Source: a virus
Lineage: Duplodnaviria > Caudoviricetes
Virus record (IMG/VR): IMGVR_UViG_3300037248_000049
Span: 810-64,809 of that record
Direction: 5' to 3' (one strand)
Length of the DNA stretch: 64,000 bases
The notes below the pieces were generated by a model. It saw nothing but the letters and a program-made list of their open reading frames with translations. It was not told the origin of the DNA and searched no databases. How positions within the stretch are numbered: the first letter of the stretch is position 1; the number at the start of each line of letters is the position of its first letter. Position numbers and translations under genes: made by a program. Shown here one piece after another: positions 17,266-25,500 of this stretch.

Positions 17266-17490
17266 TCATTCGTGTCCTAGCCAATCGGGCAATCCTTGCA
17301 GCATATAGCGCACCATCTCGGTAGCTTGTTCGGCGTCAAAGAGATTGGTTCCTGTCGGCCAATCGTGATCAGCCGGCGGGTGCGCATAATTCGGCCGCCG
17401 GTAGCTGATCCCGTTGTCGGGATTCCACGGCTGCGGCAATCGCCAGCCGAGAAAACGATCAACCATGTGTTTGATCTGATCTTCGGTCAT
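17266..17490 (-). CDS. Hypothetical phage protein
   Basis: MVDRFLGWRLP..PTGTNLFDAEQA motif. Confidence 0.7.
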   Translation of the reverse strand: MTEDQIKHMVDRFLGWRLPQPWNPDNGISYRRPNYAHPPADHDWPTGTNLFDAEQATEMVRYMLQGLPDWLGHE

Positions 17491-17675
17491 CAATCGTTCC
17501 TCGCATGTGGGTAGCCGCAGTTGCCGGGACGCCCCGGTGTCGGACAAAGGTCAGGCCGCGCGCCGTCCTTGCACTTCCAACAGTTGTGTTGAGCGAAGAT
17601 ACCGGGGCGTGAATAATCGGGGTCACGAGGATCGATTTTATGAGCCTCGTTAGCGCTGTCTTTTGCGTCAGTCAT
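17490..17675 (-). CDS. Small Cys-containing protein
   Basis: HNCWKCKDG..CP..CGYPHARND. Confidence 0.6.
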   Translation of the reverse strand: MTDAKDSANEAHKIDPRDPDYSRPGIFAQHNCWKCKDGARPDLCPTPGRPGNCGYPHARND

Positions 17676-17727
17676 ACGGCGATCTCCCGCTTGGTGTGCG
17701 TCGCCGTCTACATAGCGCGGTTTGGGG

Positions 17728-17757
17728 TTGACAGCAAGGGGGAGGACCAACTATGAT
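17728..17757 (+). promoter_or_regulatory. Sigma70 promoter of tRNA-Arg(CCG)
   Basis: TTGACA, 18 nt, TATGAT, ending 10 nt before the tRNA. Confidence 0.7.
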
Positions 17758-17767
17758 CGTGACATTC

Positions 17768-17844
17768 GGCCCCGTAGCTCAATTGGATAGAGCGCCGGTT
17801 TCCGGAACCGGAGGTTCTGGGTTCAACTCCTGGCGGGGTCGCCA
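17768..17844 (+). tRNA. tRNA-Arg(CCG)
   Basis: 77-nt cloverleaf: GGCCCCG/CGGGGTC acceptor, loop TTCCGGA, TTCAACT T-loop, CCA. Confidence 0.93.
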
Positions 17845-17856
17845 GTCCCGTAGAAA

Positions 17857-18018
17857 GGTAGCGCCGGTCAGCATGCGCCAGAGTGCCAGGCAAAGCGGCC
17901 TCGCCAGCCACCCCACCGAGGAGGGGATATCAGCGAACAGCCATTGTCTCCGCTGGCTACGGAGCTACTCGGGGCTGTTCAGCATCTTCGGGCTCTGGTG
18001 CATGCTGATTAGCTAGCC
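17857..18018 (+). ncRNA. Candidate rod-shaped ncRNA behind the tRNA
   Basis: 22-bp closing helix 17863-17884/17992-18013 with four G-U pairs, plus inner helices. Confidence 0.55.
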
Positions 18019-18031
18019 GAGGATAGCGACA

Positions 18032-18295
18032 ATGGAATTTCTGGACAAACGTGGGACAATTAAGTTGCAGGTCATGCTGCCGCTGATGATCCTGCCAGCA
18101 ATCGGCGGGATGTCCTATGGTGCGGCGCTATCCGTTGGGCCGGCGCTCGGTCTGTTCTTTCTCTGTTTTCTGTGTTTCATAAGTCTGATGGTGGCGGTAA
18201 TGAACCACGATGAGATTCAAAAACTGAAAGAAGATAATGCCCGCCTACGCGATGCCGTGCTGGCCGTGTCAGTCGGTCCGGGCGATCAGTTGTGA
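18032..18295 (+). CDS. Two-TM membrane protein
   Basis: GAGGA RBS; two hydrophobic helices and a short coiled coil. Confidence 0.65.
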   Translation: MEFLDKRGTIKLQVMLPLMILPAIGGMSYGAALSVGPALGLFFLCFLCFISLMVAVMNHDEIQKLKEDNARLRDAVLAVSVGPGDQL

Positions 18296-18365
18296 GCCAT
18301 GCCGCGATACAGTTTTACGCGATTGCTGATCGTCTGCTTGGCGTCGTCAGCCATCTTGTCTTTCG

Positions 18366-18596
18366 TCACTGACCGGCCTGACGCTGGTTGATCGGCACGA
18401 CGGCTCCGGTGCGCTGCTGCGGGTCAACCTGCCCCGGCGGGTGCGTGAACAGCCCCGCAAGGCCGGTGAACACCGCCCCGGCCGCCGTCAGGTAGCCGGC
18501 GTAGTATCCCGGCACGACCGGCGCAAATCCGCTGGCGACCAGCGCCAAGGCCAGGAAGGCCATCGCCAGGGAGCGCATCCAATTGGATGTCGTCAT
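18366..18596 (-). CDS. Holin-like two-TM protein
   Basis: 76 aa with two TM segments, in the lysis cluster. Confidence 0.55.
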   Translation of the reverse strand: MTTSNWMRSLAMAFLALALVASGFAPVVPGYYAGYLTAAGAVFTGLAGLFTHPPGQVDPQQRTGAVVPINQRQAGQ

Positions 18597-18651
18597 TCAG
18601 TCCGATCCGCGAATCGGAAGGCGCGACCCGCCCCGGCCGCGCCTCGCCGGA

Positions 18652-19371
18652 TCACATGCCGCTCGTTTCGTTGTACTGCATCGGCGCCACAAAGGTCGTC
18701 GGGGGCGGCGTGACGACGGCGGCCGTGATGTTCACCGTCAGCGGCGAGCCGACGATCGCGGGCTGAACGCCGGCCGGGTCGGTCCAGGTCGCGAACAGCG
18801 TAACCGATTCGGTCGGGGCCGATGCGCCGGCCGTAAAGGTGAACGTGACGCCGTCGGAAGCGAGCGCCACCGAGAGGTCGGACGGGCTCGCTTCGCTGAG
18901 CGGCATCGACCAGGTGATTTGCGAGCCGGGAAAGACCTGCGGCGTCGGAGACGAATCTTCGCACTGAACCCCGTCCGACGACCCGCCGGCGGTGAGGTTG
19001 ATGCTCGTAACGACAGACATGGCGGCTGCACTCCAATATTGCAGTGGCGGGGAGAACGGGATTGTCGGGTTGACCTCCGATTCGATCAACGTCAGCTCGG
19101 CGCTGATTGCGTCCAGCTCCGAATTGACGGTGGCGAACTGGCTGTTCAAAAGTGCTGTCAGGGTCGCGGCAGTGGTGGTGACGAGCTGGCTCAGGGCGGC
19201 TATCGCCGCCTTGATGGCGGCAGTGTCGCTTTGCAGGTCGGCGATTACGCTGCCCTGGCTCTTCTGGTTGTTGATGACGACGTTGATGTTCTCGACGATC
19301 TGCACGATGTCGGAATTGGTAGCCGTTTGGGCGACTGCCGCATCAGCGTGGTGGTGGAACGGAGTGTGCAT
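18652..19371 (-). CDS. Coiled-coil plus Ig-like beta-domain protein
   Basis: Heptad N-half, Thr/Val/Ser-rich beta C-half. Confidence 0.7.
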   Translation of the reverse strand: MHTPFHHHADAAVAQTATNSDIVQIVENINVVINNQKSQGSVIADLQSDTAAIKAAIAALSQLVTTTAATLTALLNSQFATVNSELDAISAELTLIESEVNPTIPFSPPLQYWSAAAMSVVTSINLTAGGSSDGVQCEDSSPTPQVFPGSQITWSMPLSEASPSDLSVALASDGVTFTFTAGASAPTESVTLFATWTDPAGVQPAIVGSPLTVNITAAVVTPPPTTFVAPMQYNETSGM

Positions 19372-19403
19372 GGGGCTATTGTAGCACGAGCCGGGCCATT
19401 GGG

Positions 19404-19646
19404 CTATTGGAGGTTTTTACCGGGATCGCGGTCGCCCTTCTGCTCGATCGTTTTCCGCTTTGCCCTCACGGCGTCGTCCAGAGCGTGCAGCGCCCTCGTG
19501 ATATGGTGGTCGCGCACCACTCTGCGACTGGCGTGGTAGTGATGCGCCGGCGGGGGCAACAGGATGATTGGGGCGGGCTCTGGTGGAGGCGGCGCTACAG
19601 GCGGGGTCGCCGCAGTGCAGCCGCCGAGCAACAGCAGGGTGGTCAC
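19404..19646 (-). CDS. Pro-rich lipoprotein (o-spanin-like)
   Basis: LLLLGGC lipobox followed by a Pro-rich stretch. Confidence 0.5.
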   Translation of the reverse strand: MTTLLLLGGCTAATPPVAPPPPEPAPIILLPPPAHHYHASRRVVRDHHITRALHALDDAVRAKRKTIEQKGDRDPGKNLQ

Positions 19647-19650
19647 GGCC

Positions 19651-19761
19651 CTAATCTTTGCGCCGCAGCAATTTGATAAATCTCCAAATTTCATCTGCCA
19701 CCCAAAGAGCTAGCGCTAAATCTATCAGCACATAAGCAATGATTTGGATGTCATTCATCAT
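19651..19761 (-). CDS. Tiny single-TM protein
   Basis: ATGA coupling; 36 aa, hydrophobic with a basic tail. Confidence 0.5.
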   Translation of the reverse strand: MMNDIQIIAYVLIDLALALWVADEIWRFIKLLRRKD

Positions 19762-20183
19762 CGTACGTGAATATTTTCCTTCGTCGCGAGCTGCACCTTC
19801 AAGTCGGCGAGAGCCTGGAGCATGATCGCGTTCTGACTGTCGATCTTGTCCCATCGGCTCACGTCGCTCGCGTAGTGCTCCGCCTCTTCCTTCTCGACAT
19901 AGGTCAGCCGCTCTTCGACCGAGGCCGCCTTGGCTTCGTCGGCGGCGATCCGGTTGAGGGCGGAGTCGATGGCGTACTGACTGGCGCGCTGAGATGCGTT
20001 GATCGCGTCCGACAGGTGCCAGGTCGTCCCTACCGCAGCGCCGACGATCATCACCGTGCCAGTGACCAGCGTCACAATCATGGAGGCCCCAGGCGAGACA
20101 TCCTTCAACGCGGTCAATGCGTTCTCGCCCCACGCCCACAGAGGAAAACTACGTGAGACATATGTACCATTACGAACGGTCAT
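19758..20183 (-). CDS. TM plus coiled-coil protein (i-spanin-like)
   Basis: One TM followed by a long helical domain. Confidence 0.55.
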   Translation of the reverse strand: MTVRNGTYVSRSFPLWAWGENALTALKDVSPGASMIVTLVTGTVMIVGAAVGTTWHLSDAINASQRASQYAIDSALNRIAADEAKAASVEERLTYVEKEEAEHYASDVSRWDKIDSQNAIMLQALADLKVQLATKENIHVR

Positions 20184-20226
20184 GGCGATACCGAAAATCT
20201 GCCAAATCGCTCATGGCTAACAATTT

Positions 20227-20382
20227 TCAGAACCGGCCGTGCCCGACGAGGAGCCAGATAACCAGGATCACCAGCAAAAGGCCGCCAATGCCGAACCCGC
20301 CACCATAGCCATACCGGCTGTATCCCCACCCGCCTCCGCCGAATATGAGCAGGAGCAGGACGACGATTATCAATAGGCTCAC
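20227..20382 (-). CDS. DUF3309-like small membrane protein
   Basis: MSLLIIVVLLLLIFGGGGWGYSRYGYGGGFGIGGLLLVILVIWLLVGHGRF; GGAGG RBS (below ORF-track cutoff). Confidence 0.8.
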   Translation of the reverse strand: MSLLIIVVLLLLIFGGGGWGYSRYGYGGGFGIGGLLLVILVIWLLVGHGRF

Positions 20383-20383
20383 G

Positions 20384-20521
20384 TCAGCCTCCGCCTTGGA
20401 GTGAAAGGTAGCTCGCTATTTGCGCAATATACACGATTCCGCCGAGGATCGCCGCCACCAGTAGGATCGCCACCAAGCAGCCCGGCAGCATCCAATCCCA
20501 AGGATCGCGGCGCTTCGTCAT
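20384..20521 (-). CDS. Tiny single-TM protein
   Basis: 45 aa; ATGA coupling. Confidence 0.55.
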   Translation of the reverse strand: MTKRRDPWDWMLPGCLVAILLVAAILGGIVYIAQIASYLSLQGGG

Positions 20522-21024
20522 TTCACCACAGTCGGCGGAGCCGCCACCGTCACGGGAATGGCCGGGGAGTGCGGCAGCGCTACGATCGCCACGATGACCA
20601 CGATCAGGGCAGTAATCACGCTGAGGACAAACCCCGCGACGGCAATGAAGGTCGTCACGTCCGACCGGCGTTCCTGGCGAGTTCCGCGAGAGCCTTCCGA
20701 GGAGCCTTCGCCACGGTCGACTATGCGCTGCAGGGCGTTCATCCGGTCGCTCATGGCGTTGGTGTTTGCGGTCGCGAGGGTCTTTAGTGCCTCGATCTCC
20801 CGCGACACCGCGCTGTCGCTTTTGGTAATGGCGACCTCGTGAGCCGTGTTCAGCGCGTTTGCCAGCTTCTCGAATTCGACAAACCGCTGCTCGACGAGTT
20901 TTTCCAGAGAGGCGATTTCGCGGCGCATGCGGTCTTCAAGATCGACGGCAGCCTGCCGCGTCAGCAGCGTCGGGTCGGGTGAGCCGGGTCGGTATGGGCC
21001 GATACCGTTACGGTCGTCGCTCAT
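20518..21024 (-). CDS. Coiled-coil protein with C-terminal TM
   Basis: Heptads followed by a hydrophobic anchor. Confidence 0.7.
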   Translation of the reverse strand: MSDDRNGIGPYRPGSPDPTLLTRQAAVDLEDRMRREIASLEKLVEQRFVEFEKLANALNTAHEVAITKSDSAVSREIEALKTLATANTNAMSDRMNALQRIVDRGEGSSEGSRGTRQERRSDVTTFIAVAGFVLSVITALIVVIVAIVALPHSPAIPVTVAAPPTVVK

Positions 21025-21027
21025 TGG

Positions 21028-21399
21028 TCACGCGAAAGGCCCCTGCGCGGCAAACCCGTAAATCCAACCGTCATCCGCGAACGACGTGCCCCACTGGGAT
21101 ACCTGCCCATACGTGCGGAGCAGCCAGAGGGCCGCGACATCCTGGCTGGCCGGCGAGAAATCCGGCACGCCGGTCGCTGCTTGCGCGCCAGCCCAGGTCG
21201 CGGGCTCGAACTGATATGCCCCAGCGGCGTGCGTCATCGAGCCGTTCTGCAATGCCACCCCGGCCCACTGCGGGAACGTGGCGAACTCGGTAAACCGCCC
21301 AAAGCCGTAGAGGGCGTTGTAGCGGCCCAGCGCCTGCTCTCCGAGGATTTGGCCGAGGATCGACTGCTCTTCCTGCGTCGGGTCGAAGGCGTATGTCAT
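21028..21399 (-). CDS. Endolysin, lambda-R-like lytic transglycosylase
   Basis: GRYNALYG, AAGAYQFEPATW, DFSPASQDVAA. Confidence 0.85.
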   Translation of the reverse strand: MTYAFDPTQEEQSILGQILGEQALGRYNALYGFGRFTEFATFPQWAGVALQNGSMTHAAGAYQFEPATWAGAQAATGVPDFSPASQDVAALWLLRTYGQVSQWGTSFADDGWIYGFAAQGPFA

Positions 21400-21737
21400 G
21401 GACTACCTGAGCGACCGAAATTATTCATTCTGTCGCGGGTCGCATCGCTGAGCCACACCCCCGGACCATCGTGCTCGATTAACCATTGCAGCGCATCGTC
21501 GACCGCATTGCAGTCGTGATCCGGCATCAGAACGAGCAGCCGATCGATGATCTTCGCGGCGTGACCGAGCCGGATGCGGTTGGAGATGGTCGTTTGGGAT
21601 GCCATTGCGCTATGATGACGACATGGGGTGTACACGCACGCCTGGTGGCGTTGACAGGTGCTAATCGGACATTCCTGCCACGGCGTCGCCTGCTTCCCGT
21701 CGCTTGATCCACAATCCGGGCAGCGGTTGCCGCGCAT
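21396..21737 (-). CDS. Cys-rich hypothetical protein
   Basis: TGATG/ATGA coupling. Confidence 0.55.
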   Translation of the reverse strand: MRGNRCPDCGSSDGKQATPWQECPISTCQRHQACVYTPCRHHSAMASQTTISNRIRLGHAAKIIDRLLVLMPDHDCNAVDDALQWLIEHDGPGVWLSDATRDRMNNFGRSGSP

Positions 21738-22099
21738 CACTGGATGACCGGCGTCGGAGGTATGGTCGTCCCGGTCGGCGCCGTGGTCGGGGGCGTCACG
21801 GGCAATGCCGGCGACGGCACGGTCGGCGGCGAGACGGGGTTTGCCGGGACGATCGGGGTTGTCACCGGCGCCGTCGTACCGACCATCGGCACCGTCGTCA
21901 CCATGCCCGGCGTCGCGTTGACCTGCTGCAGCCCGACCTGCAGATTGTGGAGCGCCACGGCCTTTTCCATGATCAACTGCGGCAGCAGCTGGTCGATCTG
22001 GCTCGAAACATCCGTGACCGCTCCGCCGAGGCTGCCGGCGGCCGTGCAGCCGGAAAGTCCCAGCGCCAGCACGGCGGCGCAAACCGCTTTGCTCGTCAT
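21737..22099 (-). CDS. Lipoprotein with Pro/Thr tail
   Basis: LALGLSGC lipobox. Confidence 0.75.
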   Translation of the reverse strand: MTSKAVCAAVLALGLSGCTAAGSLGGAVTDVSSQIDQLLPQLIMEKAVALHNLQVGLQQVNATPGMVTTVPMVGTTAPVTTPIVPANPVSPPTVPSPALPVTPPTTAPTGTTIPPTPVIQ

Positions 22100-22323
22100 G
22101 ATATTTTCACCCCGTCCTTAGCGCCATACGCCTCGCGCTCGACGACGCACACCTTCACGCAATCCTGACCCTCCCGCACCGGGCAATACTCGCAATGCAC
22201 CTTCTGCGTGCCGCCGCGCCATTTCGGCTGCCCGGCTGCGTCATAGGGCGTGCGGTCGTCTACCGGGAACAGCTCACGCCTGCGCTTGCCGACCGCGTCA
22301 GCATCGAACACGCCTGGGTTCAT
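22096..22323 (-). CDS. Hypothetical protein
   Basis: ATGA coupling. Confidence 0.55.
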   Translation of the reverse strand: MNPGVFDADAVGKRRRELFPVDDRTPYDAAGQPKWRGGTQKVHCEYCPVREGQDCVKVCVVEREAYGAKDGVKIS

Positions 22324-22577
22324 GACGGCTTGTGCCTCGCTTGCTCTTCCAGTGTCAGCGGCTGCGCAGTTTCCTCGCGCCTGATCTCCGCCAGCCGGTC
22401 GCCGATCGCGCCTAAGTCGGCGAATACCGACTGCGGCACCGCGCGCGGCATTGGCTCAATATAGCGCGTATGGCAGGATTGCGCATCCCAGCTCGTCCTC
22501 GCGACGCCGCAGTGCCGACACTTCTCGTCAACCACGGCACCGTTGCCCTCATGCTCAGTGACCGGCTTCCTGCTCAT
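22320..22577 (-). CDS. Hypothetical protein
   Basis: ATGA coupling; CRHC motif. Confidence 0.55.
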   Translation of the reverse strand: MSRKPVTEHEGNGAVVDEKCRHCGVARTSWDAQSCHTRYIEPMPRAVPQSVFADLGAIGDRLAEIRREETAQPLTLEEQARHKPS

Positions 22578-22590
22578 CAGGCTATGCCCC

Positions 22591-25500
22591 CTAGAAATGG
22601 TTGTCGTAGAGCCAGCGCGGGTTCGTGTTGAATATCGTCGATATCGGCGCGACCTGCGTCAGGGTAGAGGCAATCGCCGCAGTCGTCGTGGGGTTGGACC
22701 CAGTCAGGGCCTCCCACCAGTTCGCCATTCCGTAGCCCTCGGCGCCGCGCCCGACGGGATTCTGATAATCGTTGCCGCTCTCGATATCACCGTAGGAGGG
22801 AGCCGGGCACGACAGGCCGGTTATGAACCCGAACTGGCTGGCCCCGGTATTGGCCGGGTAGATGACCGCGCTCGGTGGCGTCGCCGTCGAAAGTGTCGTC
22901 AGCGTGCCCTGCGTCCCGGACGATCCCACCTGCGTCCAGATGAACTGCTGGCCCTCGGTAATCGCGATCGAGTGGCCCATCCCATCGGTCGCGGTGAACG
23001 GAAATGCCCCCGATTGGTAGTCATTTGGCGTCGTGCCGTGGGCCTGGTCAATATTGGCCAGAGTGACGATCGTCCCGGTGGGCCACGGCGTGCTGACCGT
23101 CGATGGTTGGGGGCCGGGGTCCGGATAGTCGTTTCTCGGTGAGAAACCTAGCTGGTCATAGAAGACCAACTGGTCGCCGGATGCTGGGCACGGCATGTTT
23201 GTAGTGCATTCCCACTGCCAGCTTCCCTGTGCGGTCTGCTGAAGGGTGACTGTGGTCCCGCTGATCGACTTGACGCTGATATTCGACCCGTTCGAGAAGT
23301 AATGCGGTGTCACATTCGGGTTGGATACATCCAGGACAAGCTGCCCAGGAACTATTCCGGCATTCGATGCGACTGTCACGGTCGTAGTCGCAACCGTGGC
23401 CGCAGCGGTAGTGGTCGTAGAGATTGATGCCGGCATCGTAACTGAGCCACTCAGAGTCAGGCCGGTAAGGCCGGTAGAGCCGGTAACGTAAGTGCCCCAT
23501 GGTACGTTCGCTGGCGTAGTAAGATCGTAAACCTCACTGCCGTCGATGATGGTCGCGGTGCCTCCCGGATTGTAGAAGTTGATCAGGTCGCCGGAGGCAA
23601 CGGTCACGGTATTGCTTATCGTAACCGTTGTCGTGCCCACAGCCGAGACCCGCGTTCCGCTCGGGATCGCCGATGGATTCGTGAGGTCGAAGACGTACTG
23701 AGCATTGTCGGAAAACGCGGGGCCGCCGGAGAAGTTGAGGACATTGCTTGCGCTGGTGGCCGAAGTCGTCGCCTGCACGACCGTCCCGTTATCCGTGTTG
23801 CTGTTGACCGTGATCGTCGATCCCGAAGACGACGCGACTGGGAATGCCCACCATCCCTCGGCGGTATTCGCCGTGTACCCAGCAAGGAACACGTCGCTCC
23901 CAGCCTCATAGTTAAGCGCGTTGCCGTTTCGATTGTACTGGATATAGGCGTTGCCGGCCTGTAGCGTTGTGGCATCCCAAGACGTAAGCGGCTGTAGCGT
24001 CGTCGTACTTACGAATGTTGGAAATACATAGACGAAGGCATTGTAGATGCACTGCGACAGGTCCGGCATCGCGAAGTTATTGAATACGGCATCGGCAACC
24101 GTCACCAATGCCGGAATGGCCCCGCCAAGATGCATGTACTCGTTCTCAATCTCCAGATCGGCATAGCCCTCGGTAAAGAACTCCTGCATGATGCCGCCAT
24201 AGGGTGCCGGCGGTGATAGTGGCGTGGTGTACCCGATAAACGGAATGTAAAGGCCATTGGCGGTCATGCTGTAGCCCTTGCTGATCGCCGTCGGCGACGT
24301 AGTTCCGGCGGTTCCGCTTCCGACATAGGGGAACCACGCCGCATACGCGTCCCAAGCCTGGACGGTCTTGTAATAGGCCATCTGGCCGTCGGGCTCATTG
24401 TAGTCGAACAACGCCACCGGCTCGAAAGCATGCATCCCCCAGGCCGACGCGCGCACCGATCCCTGGACCGGCCCCTCGGTATAGTACGTGTTGCCGTTGA
24501 ACGCGACGTTGCGAGCCTGTGGCGCGTAGATGTTCATGTCCACAAGCGTGCCGTTGAAGTCCAGCTCGAAGAGCATGTACCGGCGCCCTTCGGTGATGTA
24601 CGGGTAGATTGCAAAGTTGCCGAAGTGCTGCACGTCGAATGCGCCGCCGCCTGAGCCTCCGTAGGGCTCATCTAATCCCCAGGCCATATCGAACTGCGTC
24701 GGTGGACCCACGGTTGACCCCATACCAGCATTGGGGCGCACCGGGTCAGTGAACCTGCCGGGTTTCGTCCAGCCTGACGCCCCGTTCGGAATCCAGTTGA
24801 CCGGATTGCTCGTCAATGGCTCGCGTGGGCCGCCGATCTGACCGTCATTGCCCAGCGCCCCGACGCGTCCGCTCTGAGCGAACGAAGCTCCGCCGTCGGG
24901 CGCCGTGTCCTCTACCTCGTAATGCCACGCATTGACCGTAGTCTCTGCGCCGAGCCACCCGTGGTCGCCGGCCTGACCGGAGTCCGACACATCGTCGTTG
25001 CAGTCGAACGAGTACGGCACGTAGGGGCAAGCCATAAAGGTCGCGCCCATCCAGTCGTGGTCGTCTGTCGCCGGCAGCGTATTGCTCACCATCGTAATCT
25101 GTTGGAGCGGCGGCAGGATATGCGAGGCGTGCAGATATGTCTTGTCCGATGTCGTCAGGCTGGCGACCACATTATTGTAGGCCGTCGAGCTCGACAGCGA
25201 GCCCCCGACTACCCAGAAGGGCAGCCCCGCAGTATCGACAAACCACCAGGCGCCCCCGCTGGCGACCATGTTGATGCCGGTGTATCCGGTATTGCCGTTG
25301 GCGGCGCCGTAGAGCTCGGTCGAGTTGTTCAGCAAGTCGGCATTGAAGGTCCAATTCTGGATCGTCCCGCCGGCCGAATAGACGGCATTGTCGCTCTCGA
25401 TCGCGACGCTATAGCCCCAAATGCCGCCGCCGGAGTTCTTCCACGCCTCCACGATGGCATGAAACCACACTGGCTGGATGACCGTCTTCCATGAGCAGCT

